A stretch of DNA of 64,000 nucleotides from Myxococcota bacterium (GTDB taxonomy: Bacteria > Myxococcota_A > UBA9160 > UBA6930), in assembly GCA_965223705.1 (NCBI GenBank), contig OZ245015.1:1120001-1184000 (forward strand), in the 5' to 3' direction. Below are positions 1 to 9,962 of this stretch, one piece after another. A program made the translations under genes and the position numbers. The first letter of the stretch is position 1. The number at the start of each line of letters is the position of its first letter. Below the pieces are notes generated by a model. It saw nothing but the letters and a program-made list of their open reading frames with translations. It searched no databases and was not told where the DNA came from.

Positions 1-43
1 CGGCGCTGCGCGACAAGTTGGCAGAGAGAAAAGGGGACCGATC

Positions 44-226
44 GTGATTGCACCGAAACGACGCACGTCTCGTTCGAAGCGCGACAAGCGTCGCAGCCAC
101 GATGCGCTGAAGGCGCCTGCGCGCGCCGTGTGTCCGAGTTGCGGCAGCCCGAAAATGCCCCACCGCGTGTGCGGAAACTGCGGCGTCTATCGGGAGCGCA
201 CCGTGATCGAGACCGACGAGGACTAG
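44..226 (+). CDS. rpmF: 50S ribosomal protein L32 (bL32)
   Basis: 60 aa and basic; APKRRTSRSKRDKRRSH followed by CPSCG...PHRVCGNCGVY zinc motif; sits upstream of fab genes. Confidence 0.97.
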   Translation: MIAPKRRTSRSKRDKRRSHDALKAPARAVCPSCGSPKMPHRVCGNCGVYRERTVIETDED

Positions 227-229
227 AGT

Positions 230-1177
230 TTGCTCGCGCTGCTATTCCCGGGCCAAGGCTCGCAAGAAGTCGGAATGGGTCGCGACATCGCCGACCATTC
301 TGCCGGCGCGCGCGAAATTTTTGAACGAGCCGACCAAGCGCTCGGGATGGGCCTTTCGAAGGTCTGTTTCGAAGGGCCCGAAGAAGCGCTTACGCCCACC
401 GAGGTCCAGCAGCCGGCGATCCTCACGACGAGCATCGCGATGCTCCGCGCGTTGCAGGAACGTTGCGAAGTCCGACCCGACTATCTGATGGGTCACAGTC
501 TCGGCGAGTACACCGCATTGGTCGCCGGCGGCGCGATCGATTTCGAGGACGCGGTTCGGCTCGTGCACGCACGCGGTCGGTTCATGCAGGAAGCCGTGCC
601 CGCAGGCCGCGGGGCCATGGCTGCTGTGATGGGTAGCAAGGCCTCGGTAGTCGAACAGGCGTGCGCCCAGACAGAGTCCGCAGGCGGCGGCGTGGTTCGG
701 CCCGCGAACTACAACGGTCCCGCACAAACGGTGATCGCGGGAGAGGCCTCTGCCGTCGAAGCGGCATGCGAGGAAGCGAAGCGTCTCGGGGCCAAACGCG
801 CGGTCTTGCTGCCCGTCTCTGCGCCTTTTCACTGCCCGCTGATGCAACCCGCCGCGGACGCGCTGGCTACGGAACTCGGCGGCCTCGGCTGGCGCAACCT
901 CGAGACGCCCGTGATGGGCAACGTCGAGGCGCAGCCGTACCGCGAGGCGGCGCGGATCCCGGATCTCCTACAGGCGCAAGTGACCGCACCGGTCCGCTTT
1001 ACCGAGAGCGTTGCCGCCTTGGTGGCCGCCGGGGTGGATCGGGTCCTCGAAGTCGGCCCGGGAAGTATTTTGTCGGGCTTGGTGGCACGGATCGAGCGTC
1101 GCCTCCCCCGGGCGTCAGTCAGCGATGTCGAAGGGCTTCAAGCCGCGGAAGATTTCTTGGCGGAGGGAGCGCGTTAA
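230..1177 (+). CDS. fabD: Malonyl-CoA:ACP transacylase
   Basis: LFPGQGSQ, GHSLGEY catalytic Ser, VSAPFHCPLM and LEVGPG motifs. Confidence 0.97.
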   Translation: MLALLFPGQGSQEVGMGRDIADHSAGAREIFERADQALGMGLSKVCFEGPEEALTPTEVQQPAILTTSIAMLRALQERCEVRPDYLMGHSLGEYTALVAGGAIDFEDAVRLVHARGRFMQEAVPAGRGAMAAVMGSKASVVEQACAQTESAGGGVVRPANYNGPAQTVIAGEASAVEAACEEAKRLGAKRAVLLPVSAPFHCPLMQPAADALATELGGLGWRNLETPVMGNVEAQPYREAARIPDLLQAQVTAPVRFTESVAALVAAGVDRVLEVGPGSILSGLVARIERRLPRASVSDVEGLQAAEDFLAEGAR

Positions 1178-1225
1178 TATGCGCCCGAGAGCCGAGGGAG
1201 CACTCGATTCACAGGAGGATTGGGG

Positions 1226-1462
1226 ATGGCCTTAGCGGAACGCGTGAATGAAATCATCGTCGAGCAGCTGGGGGTGTCACGCGAAGAGGTGGTTCCCGAA
1301 GCCTCCTTCGTCGATGACCTGGGCGCCGATTCACTCGACATCGTCGAGCTGGTCATGGCGATGGAAGAGGAGTTCGACGTCGAAATCCCCGACGAGGACG
1401 CCGAGAAGATTCAAACCATCGGGAACGCCATCTCCTATATCCAGGAGAAGCTCAAAGCCTAG
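1226..1462 (+). CDS. acpP: Acyl carrier protein
   Basis: [20 protein letters not shown] phosphopantetheine motif; AGGAGG at 1213-1218 precedes ATG 1226. Confidence 0.97.
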   Translation: MALAERVNEIIVEQLGVSREEVVPEASFVDDLGADSLDIVELVMAMEEEFDVEIPDEDAEKIQTIGNAISYIQEKLKA

Positions 1463-1470
1463 GAGCCGCC

Positions 1471-2712
1471 ATGGCCTCCCCCGCAAAACACGGCGTCGTC
1501 GTGACCGGAATGGGCGCCGTGACTCCCCTGGGCCGATCGGCCGAGACGAGCTGGGAAGCGGTCGTCGCCGGCAAATCCGGCGTGGACCGCATGCCCGCGT
1601 TCGTCGAGGCCGAGCTGCCGGTAGCGATCGGAGCCCCGGTCCGCGGCGACCTCGGGGCGAACGATCTCGACCCGAAAGAGCGGCGACGCCTCGACCGGGC
1701 GATCCTGCTCGCCCTGACCGCGGCGGAAGAAGCCGTGGCCGACGCGGGCATCGACTTTTCGACCGTCGAGTCGGGCCGCGCTGGCGTCGTGATCGGCTCG
1801 GGAATCGGCGGCATCTCGACCATTGTCGAAAATCACAAATCGTTCCTGTCCCGCGGTCATCGCCGGGTTTCTCCGTTCATGATTCCGATGAGCTTGACGA
1901 ATCTCCCGGGCGGCTACGTCGCGATCCGCTACGGCCTGACCGGGCCCATCCAGTGCCCCGTATCCGCGTGTGCAAGCGGGGCGCAGGCGCTGGGCGAGGC
2001 GGCGAGGATCATCGAGCGCGGCGACGCGGACGTCGTGATCGCCGGTGGGACGGAAGCTTCCCTCATTCCCTTCGTCGCGGCGGGCTTTCAAAGCATGCAG
2101 GCGCTGTCCAACCGAAACGACGCGCCGGAGCAGGCGAGTCGTCCCTTCGACCGCGACCGGGACGGGTTCGTGATGGGCGAAGGAGCCGGGCTTTTCATTC
2201 TCGAGCGCGCCGAGCACGCGCGGGCGCGCGGCGCCAAGATTCGCGGCCACCTGCTCGGCTACGGGGTCACGGCCGACGCGTCGCACGTCGCCGCACCCGA
2301 GCCGAACGGTCGCGGCGCCGAAGCCTGCATGCGTCGCGCCCTCGAAGATGCCGAGCGGGACGCCACCGACGTCGGCTACGTGAACGCCCACGCGACGAGC
2401 ACCCCGCTCGGCGACCGCATCGAGGCGGGCGTCATTCGGCGCGTTGTCGGCGAGGCGGTCGCGGTGTCTTCGACGAAGGGAGCGACCGGCCATCTCTTCG
2501 GCGCCGCGGGAGCGGTCGAAGCCCTCTTTTGTGTCCGTGCCCTCGAGACCGGTATCCTCCCCCCGACGCTCAACCTCGAGCAGCCCGACGAAGAGTGCGA
2601 GCTCGCGCACGTCGCCATGACCGCGCGTTCGTCCTCGCCAAGGGTCGCTCTTTCCAACTCTTTCGGATTTGGCGGCACCAACACCTGCTTGGTGCTCGGA
2701 CGCGAGGAATAA
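1471..2712 (+). CDS. fabF: 3-oxoacyl-ACP synthase II
   Basis: VVVTGMG start; Cys-His-His triad in SACASG, NAHATST and TGHLFGAAG; SNSFGFGGTN near the C-terminus. Confidence 0.95.
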   Translation: MASPAKHGVVVTGMGAVTPLGRSAETSWEAVVAGKSGVDRMPAFVEAELPVAIGAPVRGDLGANDLDPKERRRLDRAILLALTAAEEAVADAGIDFSTVESGRAGVVIGSGIGGISTIVENHKSFLSRGHRRVSPFMIPMSLTNLPGGYVAIRYGLTGPIQCPVSACASGAQALGEAARIIERGDADVVIAGGTEASLIPFVAAGFQSMQALSNRNDAPEQASRPFDRDRDGFVMGEGAGLFILERAEHARARGAKIRGHLLGYGVTADASHVAAPEPNGRGAEACMRRALEDAERDATDVGYVNAHATSTPLGDRIEAGVIRRVVGEAVAVSSTKGATGHLFGAAGAVEALFCVRALETGILPPTLNLEQPDEECELAHVAMTARSSSPRVALSNSFGFGGTNTCLVLGREE

Positions 2713-4422
2713 ATGGCGGACCGAATCGCACTGGCGAGTGACCATCGCGGGGTGGCGCTGAAGGAAGGGCTTTCGAAGCGACTCCTCGAAGAGGGGTTCG
2801 AAGTGCGCGATTGCGGAACGAACAGCGCGGACTCGGTCGACTACCCGGACTTCGCCGTTCAGGCGGCACGTGCCGTATCCACGGGCGAAACGCCTCGCGC
2901 GATCGTGATCTGCGGTTCCGGCCTCGGGGTGAGCTACGCCGCGAACCGGTTTCCCGGGGTGCGCGCCGCGCTCGCGCACGACGGCGAAGCGGCCGCCGCG
3001 TCCCGCGCCCACAACGACTCGAACGTACTGGCCTTGTCCGCCGACCGGACGTCGGTCGAGGACGCCTGGCGCATCGTTCGAACCTGGCTCGACACGCCCT
3101 TCGAAGGGGGACGTCACGAACGCCGCGTCGCCAAGCTCGATTCCCTGACGCCCGTCGCCGGCGCCGCCGCTCTCGCGGAAGAAGATCCCGAGATCGCGGC
3201 GTTGATCCGCCGGGAGGCCAAGCGGCAGGCGCTGAACCTCGAACTCATCGCTTCCGAGAACTTCGTCTCCGAAGCGGTGATGGAAGCCACGGGCTCGGTC
3301 CTGACGAACAAGTACGCCGAAGGCTACCCGGGGCGACGTTACTACGGCGGTTGCGACGTGGTCGACGAAGTCGAGCGCATCGCGATCGACCGCGCCAAGG
3401 AGCTCTTCGGAGCGGGGTATGCGAACGTGCAGCCGCACTCGGGCTCACAGGCGAACGAAGCCGTGTACCGCGCGACGGTTTCACCCGGCGACACGGTCCT
3501 CGCGATGAACCTCGACCACGGCGGACACCTGACGCACGGCAGCCCCGTGAATTTCTCAGGCATGCTCTACAACATCGTCGCGTACGGGGTACGCGAAGAC
3601 ACCGAGCAGATCGACTACGACCAGGTTCGCGAGCTCGCCCGCGAACATCGGCCGAAGCTCATCCAGTGCGGGACCACGGCGTATTCGCGCACTCTCGACT
3701 TTGCGGCGTTTCGAGAAATCGCCGACGAGGTCGGCGCGATCCTCTTTGCGGATATCGCGCACATCGCCGGGCTCGTCGCGACGGGCGTCCACGACAGCCC
3801 GGTCGGTCGTGCGCACATCGTGACGACCACCACCCACAAGACACTCCGCGGTCCACGGGGCGGGTTGATTCTCACGAACGAGGAGGAGCTCGCGAAAGCG
3901 ATCAACCGCGCGGTCTTTCCGGGCGGGCAGGGCGGCCCGCTCATGCACGTCATCGCCGGTAAGGCCGTCGCCTTCAAGGAAGCGCTCCAGCCGAGCTTCC
4001 GCACGTACTGCGAACGTGTCGTCGCGAATGCCCGAGCGTTGGCGGCGAGTCTCGCGCAGCGCGATGTCCGCATCGTGGCCGGTGGAACGGACACGCATCT
4101 CTTCATGATCTCTCTGGTCGGGCGCGACGTGACCGGGAAGCTCGCGCAGAGCGCTTTCGAGGACGCCGGTATCACGGCGAACAAGAACATGGTGCCCTTC
4201 GATCCGAGGAAGCCCATGGTGACTTCCGGCGTGCGCTTTGGCACACCCGCGGTGACGACCCGCGGGATGGGCGAGGCGGAGATGGAACAGATCGCATCGC
4301 TGATCGTTCGCGTCCTCGATCGTCCGACCGATCCGGCTTCGCTCGCCGAGGTGCGCGCGGATGTCGAAGCGCTGTGCCGACGCTTTCCGCTCTATCTCGC
4401 CCACTGGTCCGAAAGCGACTAG
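2713..4422 (+). CDS. rpiB-glyA: Fusion of ribose-5-phosphate isomerase B (aa ~1-145) and serine hydroxymethyltransferase (aa ~155-569)
   Basis: RpiB motifs SDHRG, DYPD, ICGSGLG, HNDSNVL, FEGGRH; SHMT motifs [38 protein letters not shown] (PLP Lys); single open frame. Confidence 0.93.
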   Translation: MADRIALASDHRGVALKEGLSKRLLEEGFEVRDCGTNSADSVDYPDFAVQAARAVSTGETPRAIVICGSGLGVSYAANRFPGVRAALAHDGEAAAASRAHNDSNVLALSADRTSVEDAWRIVRTWLDTPFEGGRHERRVAKLDSLTPVAGAAALAEEDPEIAALIRREAKRQALNLELIASENFVSEAVMEATGSVLTNKYAEGYPGRRYYGGCDVVDEVERIAIDRAKELFGAGYANVQPHSGSQANEAVYRATVSPGDTVLAMNLDHGGHLTHGSPVNFSGMLYNIVAYGVREDTEQIDYDQVRELAREHRPKLIQCGTTAYSRTLDFAAFREIADEVGAILFADIAHIAGLVATGVHDSPVGRAHIVTTTTHKTLRGPRGGLILTNEEELAKAINRAVFPGGQGGPLMHVIAGKAVAFKEALQPSFRTYCERVVANARALAASLAQRDVRIVAGGTDTHLFMISLVGRDVTGKLAQSAFEDAGITANKNMVPFDPRKPMVTSGVRFGTPAVTTRGMGEAEMEQIASLIVRVLDRPTDPASLAEVRADVEALCRRFPLYLAHWSESD

Positions 4423-4425
4423 AGC

Positions 4426-4887
4426 TTGCGCTGCCCCTACTGCGCAGAAGTCGTCAACCGGGTCATCGACTCGCGGCTGACGCGAGACGGTCGCGAGATC
4501 CGTCGACGGCGGGAATGCCTCGAGTGCTCGAAGCGGTTCACGACGCGCGAGCGCCTCGAAGAGGTGCTGCCGAAAATGGTGAAGCGTGACCAGCGGCGCG
4601 AGGAATACGATCGCAACAAACTCGAACACAGCCTGCAAATGGCCTGTGCGAAACGACCCGTCAGCGAGAACGAGTTGCAACTACTCGTCGATCGCGTCGA
4701 GCGGCAGCTCCAGGAAGTCGGTGACGCGGAAGTCGCCACGGCGCTGGTCGGTGACTGCGTCCTCGACGGATTGATCGAGCTCGATCGGTTGGCCGCCGCG
4801 CGCTTTGCCTCGGTGTTTCGCGGGTTCGACAGCGCGGATGACTACGCCGCATTCTTTGCATCGATTGAACGCAAGCCGACGCCCTAA
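4426..4887 (+). CDS. nrdR: Transcriptional repressor NrdR
   Basis: RCPYC...VIDSR...IRRRRECLECSKRFTT zinc ribbon plus ATP cone; glyA-nrdR-ribD order; TTG start. Confidence 0.96.
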   Translation: MRCPYCAEVVNRVIDSRLTRDGREIRRRRECLECSKRFTTRERLEEVLPKMVKRDQRREEYDRNKLEHSLQMACAKRPVSENELQLLVDRVERQLQEVGDAEVATALVGDCVLDGLIELDRLAAARFASVFRGFDSADDYAAFFASIERKPTP

Positions 4888-6015
4888 TGGCACGAGCGCT
4901 ACAGCCTGAACAGGCGATGCGCCTGGCGCTACGCGCGGCGCGGCGCGGCAGTGGTCGGGTTTTCCCAAACCCGCCTGTCGGCGCCGTGGTGTACCGGGGC
5001 GATCGCGTTCTCGGGCGCGGCTCGACCGAGCCGCCCCCCGGACGCCACGCGGAAATCGTCGCGCTCGATCGCGCGCGTCGACGTCACGGCGCGGGTGCCG
5101 TCAAGGGCGCCTCCCTCGCGGTCACCCTCGAGCCCTGCTGTCACCGCGGCCGTACCGGGCCATGCACCGACGCGATTCGCGAAGCGGGGATCCGACGCGT
5201 TGTGATCGGGCACCGCGATCCCCATCCCCGCGTCTCCGGCGGCGGCGTGCGGGACGTTGCGTCGCGCGGGCCTCACGGTCGTCGAGGACATCCTGGCGAG
5301 TGACTGCCGGGAACAGCATCGGGGTTTTCTGTCTTTGCAGCTGCGCGGCCGACCGTTCGTCGCGCTGAAGCTCGCCGCGACCCTCGACGGGAGGATCGCG
5401 ACCCGCACCGGCGAATCCCGCTGGATCACCGCCTCCCCAGCGCGCGCTCGGGTTCAAACCCTTCGAGATCGCGCCGATGCCGTGGCCGTCGGGTCGGCCA
5501 CGGCGCGCGCGGACGATCCAGAACTGGCGGTTCGGCGCGGGGACCGGGTGGTGCGCCGCCCAGTCCGCGTCGTCTTCGATTCCGGTCTCACGTTGCCACG
5601 CCAGAGCCGGATGGTGCGCGAGCACCCCGAGCTCACCTGGGTTCTCGCGACGCGGAGCGCCAGCGCGGCGCGTCGTCAGGCCCTCCGGGCCTGCGGGGTT
5701 CGCGTGCTCACCGCGCGCGCGCGCGCCGGCCACCTCGACCTCGTCGCGGCCCTCGAAACGCTTGGCCGTGAGGGGCTTTCGGACCTCCTCGTCGAAGGCG
5801 GCGGGGGTCTCGCCGGGGCGCTACTGCGCGCGAACTTGGTGGACGAACTCCACTGGTTCGTGGCTCCGACAGTGCTCGGCGGAGACGGCGTGCCCGTTCT
5901 GTCGCCGCTCGGCATCACCGCCCTCCGTGATCGCATCGATCTCCGCGGCCCGACCCTCGCGCGGGTCGGCGGAGACTTCTACGTTCGCGGTAGGCTTACC
6001 CCCGAGATCTCGTAG
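4887..6015 (+). CDS. ribD: Riboflavin biosynthesis deaminase/reductase RibD, split by one extra base near 5250-5253
   Basis: Deaminase half (PNPPVG, HAE, TLEPCCHRGRTGPC) is in ORF 4887-5303; reductase half (KLAATLDGRIA, WIT, VEGGG) is in ORF 5257-6015. Removing one G from GTGCGGGACG joins them. Confidence 0.9.
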
Positions 6016-6495
6016 ATGGTGAACATTTATCCCGCCGACTTCGACGCCAGTGCGCTGCGCATCGCTATCGTGGTGGCGCGCTTCAACCACCTCGTCTCGT
6101 CTCGCCTCCTCGCGGGGAGCCTCCGCGAGCTCGAGCGTCGGGGTTGCGAGAACGTCGACGTCGCGTGGGTCCCCGGGGCGTACGAAATCCCGCAGGCCGC
6201 CCGCCGGCTCGCCGCATCGGGTCGCTACCAAGCCGTCATCACGCTCGGCGCGGTCATCCGGGGAGGCACACCCCATTTCGACTACGTGTGCCGCGCGGTG
6301 ACCGACGGCGTCCGCGACGTGATTCGCGATACGGGCGTTCCCGTGACCTTCGGTGTTCTCACGACGGACGACGCCGATCAGGCTCTCGAGCGGACCGGCG
6401 GAACCGCAGGGGACAAGGGCAGCGAAGTGGCGCTCGCGGCCATCGAGATGGCGCGCCTGACGCCGCTCCTCGAACAGCCGCCGAGGTCGGCGTGA
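6016..6495 (+). CDS. ribH: 6,7-dimethyl-8-ribityllumazine synthase
   Basis: IVVARFN, VPGAYEIP, GAVIRGGTPHFDYV and FGVLTT motifs. Confidence 0.97.
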   Translation: MVNIYPADFDASALRIAIVVARFNHLVSSRLLAGSLRELERRGCENVDVAWVPGAYEIPQAARRLAASGRYQAVITLGAVIRGGTPHFDYVCRAVTDGVRDVIRDTGVPVTFGVLTTDDADQALERTGGTAGDKGSEVALAAIEMARLTPLLEQPPRSA

Positions 6496-6935
6496 GCTCT
6501 CCGCGCCACGCGTCGCGGCAACGAGCACGGGTGGCCGCGTTACAAGTGCTCTACGCCATCGACGTCCGGTCCGACGCGGGCAACTTCCGCGAAGTGGCTG
6601 AGGAGACGTTCGCGAACGCGCTCGGCCACATCGAAATCCCGACCGGTGCGGAGGCCTTTGCGAAAGAGCTGGTGCTGGGGGTCGCCGACGAGCGCGAGTC
6701 GATCGACGCCGCAATCGTTCGTCACGCGAGAAACTGGCGCCTCGAGCGCATGCCCGCTGTCGACCGGAACGTGCTGCGTTTGGGAGTCTTCGAGTTGCGG
6801 CGCGGTCTCGCGGCGCCCGTGGCCATCGACGAATGTCTCGAGCTCGTCCGTCGCTTCGGCGGCGAGAGCAGCGTCTCTTTCGTGAACGGCGTGCTCGACG
6901 CCTTCGCTCGCGACCTCCCGGAGGGCGCGTCGTGA
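6492..6935 (+). CDS. nusB: Transcription antitermination factor NusB
   Basis: RQRARVAALQVLY, NWRLERMPAVDRNVLRLG and FVNGVLD motifs; GTG overlaps the ribH stop. Confidence 0.94.
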   Translation: MSSPRHASRQRARVAALQVLYAIDVRSDAGNFREVAEETFANALGHIEIPTGAEAFAKELVLGVADERESIDAAIVRHARNWRLERMPAVDRNVLRLGVFELRRGLAAPVAIDECLELVRRFGGESSVSFVNGVLDAFARDLPEGAS

Positions 6936-7549
6936 GCGCCGGGCTCATTCTCGGCGTGTCTTCGGATGCCGCGGAAATCGCCGGTGCCGAGCTGTTGATC
7001 GCTCCGTGGTGCGCGTCCGACCGTCCACCCCGGGGCGCGGCCGGTCGGGTCGATTGGCGGATGTGCGGGCTGGTTTCTCAACTCATCCGCGACGAACGAC
7101 TGACTGGCGAGCGCGACGAGAAGCTCCTCATCGCCACCCATGGACGATTGCGGGCGCCGCGGGTGCTCCTTCTCGGCATGGGCGACCGCACCGCGATCGA
7201 CCCGGAGCGGGCGACCGACGCCGGCATCTTGGGCCTGCGCAGCGCTATGGAGCTCGGTGTCTCCCAGATCGCCCTGTCGTCCGACGTTTTTGGCGGGCTG
7301 CCCGCGGATCGGATGCTTCCCAACCTCGTCCGCGCCTTGGCGCCCGTGGCGGCCGAAGCGTCGGATCCGCTCCATCTGGAATTTCTCGTGGCTCCAACCG
7401 AACGCAGCGCAGCGCGTGAGCGGATTGAGCGCGTCGTCACACGGGGGCTGCGGGAGTTGCCGATGCGTCTCGCCTCAGGGCAGACCGGTGGACGAACCGG
7501 AGACGTCCGACCCCGTGAAAAAGGGGACAAATCCCCCCGGGTCTCTTAA
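6932..7549 (+). CDS. Stand-alone leucyl-aminopeptidase (M17) N-terminal-domain protein with no catalytic domain
   Basis: DRPPRGAAGRVDWRMCG...GERDEKLLI...RLRAPRVLLLGMG pattern; GTG overlaps the nusB stop. Confidence 0.7.
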   Translation: MSAGLILGVSSDAAEIAGAELLIAPWCASDRPPRGAAGRVDWRMCGLVSQLIRDERLTGERDEKLLIATHGRLRAPRVLLLGMGDRTAIDPERATDAGILGLRSAMELGVSQIALSSDVFGGLPADRMLPNLVRALAPVAAEASDPLHLEFLVAPTERSAARERIERVVTRGLRELPMRLASGQTGGRTGDVRPREKGDKSPRVS

Positions 7550-7573
7550 GTCGTCGACCCACTGTCCCGATCT
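7547..7573 (+). promoter_or_regulatory. Putative sigma28/FliA-type promoter
   Basis: TAAG-N15-CCCGATCT against consensus TAAA-N15-GCCGATAA, about 75 nt upstream of ORF 7649. Confidence 0.4.
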
Positions 7574-7648
7574 GGAGGAGATCGCAAAGCCTGGGGAGGG
7601 GTTGCGCAGCCCGGATGCGTCCTCGACCCAACCGCTCGGAGAGTCGCC

Positions 7649-9292
7649 ATGATCGCCGCGTGTCCGCGCTGCAGCGCCCGCTATCGCGTCCAACGTGAAC
7701 GCCTGACCGGTGACGGGGTTCGTCTCCGCTGCGCCCGATGTGAGGCCGTCTTCCGGGTTCGCGCGCCGCGCGGGGCCCCGCCCGAAGCCGCCGCTCCGCA
7801 ACGGCCGGCGCTCGCCCGTCATCGCCCGGCCGGGCCCGCAGCCGAGCGCGTCGCTCCCCGAGATGCGCCGACGCCCCAACCCGGAGCGGCCGGAAAGCCG
7901 CTGGTGCTTTTGGGCTTCGGTGCGAAGGACGGGCTCCACAACTGCATGCGGATGCTCGAGACGCGCTACCAGCCCGAACTGCTGCGCGACGGGGTGCAGC
8001 TTCTCCTCGAGATCTTTCGCCGCTCCCCCGCCTGGGTGGTGCTCGGCGACGGCCTCGCGCGGATGCACGCAGCCGAAGTCACCGAACTTCTGAAGCGAAG
8101 CGGCAAGACGGATGCTCCGCGTACGATTTGGGTCGGCCACCCGAGCGATGCGTTCGTCCCGGGATTCGCGCCCGACCACCAGGTCGACGACATCGATCTG
8201 CTGGACGGGTTGGGCTTGCTCCTCGGTGTGTCGCCCGCCGCTGCCGCGCCACCGGAGGTCGACCGCGCCACGTTCGGCGACCGCACTCCCGATTACTCGG
8301 AGGCCCCGGAGCCCCACGCGAAGGTTCCGCGACACGCCGTTCCCAGCCGGGATTGGAGATCCGAACCGGAACCGGCGGCTCGGGCAGCCGCGCCGCAGAG
8401 GGCGCCCGAAGACGATCCCCAAGACGCCCCGAGCTGGAAACCCGACGCGCGATCCCTCGAATCTTTCGAGGCAGAGCTCGGCGAACCCGCGCCCGCCCGC
8501 GCTCACGCTGAGCACAAGGTCCCGCCGGTGGTTCGCCCGCCGGCGCCGGCGCTCGAAGACTCCTTCTCGGCCGCGATCGGCGGCGGCGACCCGTCTCTCT
8601 CCGACGACGCTGCCGACAGCTTTTCCTTCGACGACCCGGACGGCGGCTTTGCGGGTTCGTTCGGTGCGGAGGATCGGGACCGCACGCCGGAGTTCTCGGG
8701 AACGTTCGGGCGACCCGAGGAAGATGATCCGTTCAATGCCACGCTTCCGGACGACGACGATTTCGCGCCGCTCCGGCCCTCGGACACGGGAACCGGCAGG
8801 GATCCCTTCGCCGCACCGTCGACGGACGCGGCGAACCCGTTCGCGGCGCCGCGAGCCGATGAAACGAATCCCTTCGCCGCGCCGTCCGCCCGCGGTGCGG
8901 AACCCGCCGATCCGTTCGGAGCGCCCGCGGCGCCATCCGCACCCGAGCCGGGCGGAAGTGACTTCTTCTCGCTGACGCCCGACGAGGCGCAAAAACCCCC
9001 GCCGCCGCCGGCGCCCGGAGCGGGTCCAGTGCCCGGTCTCGATCCGGTTCTCGCCGATATGCGCTCCGAGGCCGAGCGCTTCGCGCGCATCGTGGTCTCC
9101 GACATCGTCCTCTACAACGAGGCCAAGTTCGCAGCGGCGGTCGAGGGCGGAAAGGTGCTCGAGGTGATGCGCGCGGAACTCGAGGAAGGGCGCGATCTGT
9201 TTCGGGTCCGGGTCGATCCGCGGATCCGCGACGAGCGGGACTTCCTCGCCGATGAGATACTTCGCGTCGCCGCGACTCGGGCTGGCCGCTAA
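7649..9292 (+). CDS. Zinc-ribbon (MJ0042-type) / pseudo-receiver / Pro-Asp-rich linker / RomX-like domain protein
   Basis: N-terminal CPRC...VRLRCARCEAVF; receiver-like stretch at ~7895-8226; low-complexity linker with DPF/NPF repeats; C-terminal AERFARIVVSDIVLYN...ELEEGRDLFRVRV. Confidence 0.8.
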   Translation: MIAACPRCSARYRVQRERLTGDGVRLRCARCEAVFRVRAPRGAPPEAAAPQRPALARHRPAGPAAERVAPRDAPTPQPGAAGKPLVLLGFGAKDGLHNCMRMLETRYQPELLRDGVQLLLEIFRRSPAWVVLGDGLARMHAAEVTELLKRSGKTDAPRTIWVGHPSDAFVPGFAPDHQVDDIDLLDGLGLLLGVSPAAAAPPEVDRATFGDRTPDYSEAPEPHAKVPRHAVPSRDWRSEPEPAARAAAPQRAPEDDPQDAPSWKPDARSLESFEAELGEPAPARAHAEHKVPPVVRPPAPALEDSFSAAIGGGDPSLSDDAADSFSFDDPDGGFAGSFGAEDRDRTPEFSGTFGRPEEDDPFNATLPDDDDFAPLRPSDTGTGRDPFAAPSTDAANPFAAPRADETNPFAAPSARGAEPADPFGAPAAPSAPEPGGSDFFSLTPDEAQKPPPPPAPGAGPVPGLDPVLADMRSEAERFARIVVSDIVLYNEAKFAAAVEGGKVLEVMRAELEEGRDLFRVRVDPRIRDERDFLADEILRVAATRAGR

Positions 9293-9401
9293 CGCTGGCG
9301 TAGCCTGGGTCGTAGGCGAGCGGACGTCGTGCTGCGTCGCTTGGGTGCTCGCCCAGCTCACGACGGCCTTGCACTGGCGGCGCTGTGGTATACCTCGCCC
9401 G

Positions 9402-9959
9402 ATGAACGGGGTTTACCGCAGGAAGACGCCGCTCGCGTGCCGAGCTGTTCGCGCGGCCGCGCTCACCGTCGCCGCGACGCTCCTCGCGGGCTGTGGCTAC
9501 CAGTTTGTCCGCTACCAAGATGCCTTGGGCGACACCCGACGTGTCGCGATCGTCGGATTGGGAAACGAGACCTTCGAGCCCGGCGTCAATGCGCTCGTGA
9601 CCGAGGCCCTGACCCGCGAGTTTCACCGCCGAAAAGCACTGATCGTCGTCTCGGATCCGGAGAGTGCCGACCTCGTGATCGGCGGGGAAGTCGACCGGTT
9701 GCACACGGAGAGCTTGAGTTTCTCTTCGATCCAGTTCGCTCTCGAATACCAGCTGACCCTGCGCGTCGCGCTCGATATCACGCGGCGCGACGGCACGACG
9801 GTCCGGCTCGATCCCAATGCACTCCAGGAATCGGAACTCTATCTAGCGAGCTCCGATGTCGAAGTCGCACGACAAAACCGACAGGAAGCGCTCCGCCGGG
9901 TGGCGACGATGCTGGCAAGCCGCGTACACGACGCGTTGTTCGAGCGCATGACCCCCTGA
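9402..9959 (+). CDS. lptE: LPS assembly lipoprotein LptE
   Basis: Lipobox LLAGC-GY, NETFEP motif, position immediately upstream of holA. Confidence 0.85.
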   Translation: MNGVYRRKTPLACRAVRAAALTVAATLLAGCGYQFVRYQDALGDTRRVAIVGLGNETFEPGVNALVTEALTREFHRRKALIVVSDPESADLVIGGEVDRLHTESLSFSSIQFALEYQLTLRVALDITRRDGTTVRLDPNALQESELYLASSDVEVARQNRQEALRRVATMLASRVHDALFERMTP

Positions 9960-9962
9960 CGG

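Noticed and set aside
9292..9400. GC-rich imperfect hairpin upstream of lptE as an ncRNA or terminator
   Set aside because: It has no U-tract and no recognisable RNA family features, and the pairing is explainable by GC content.
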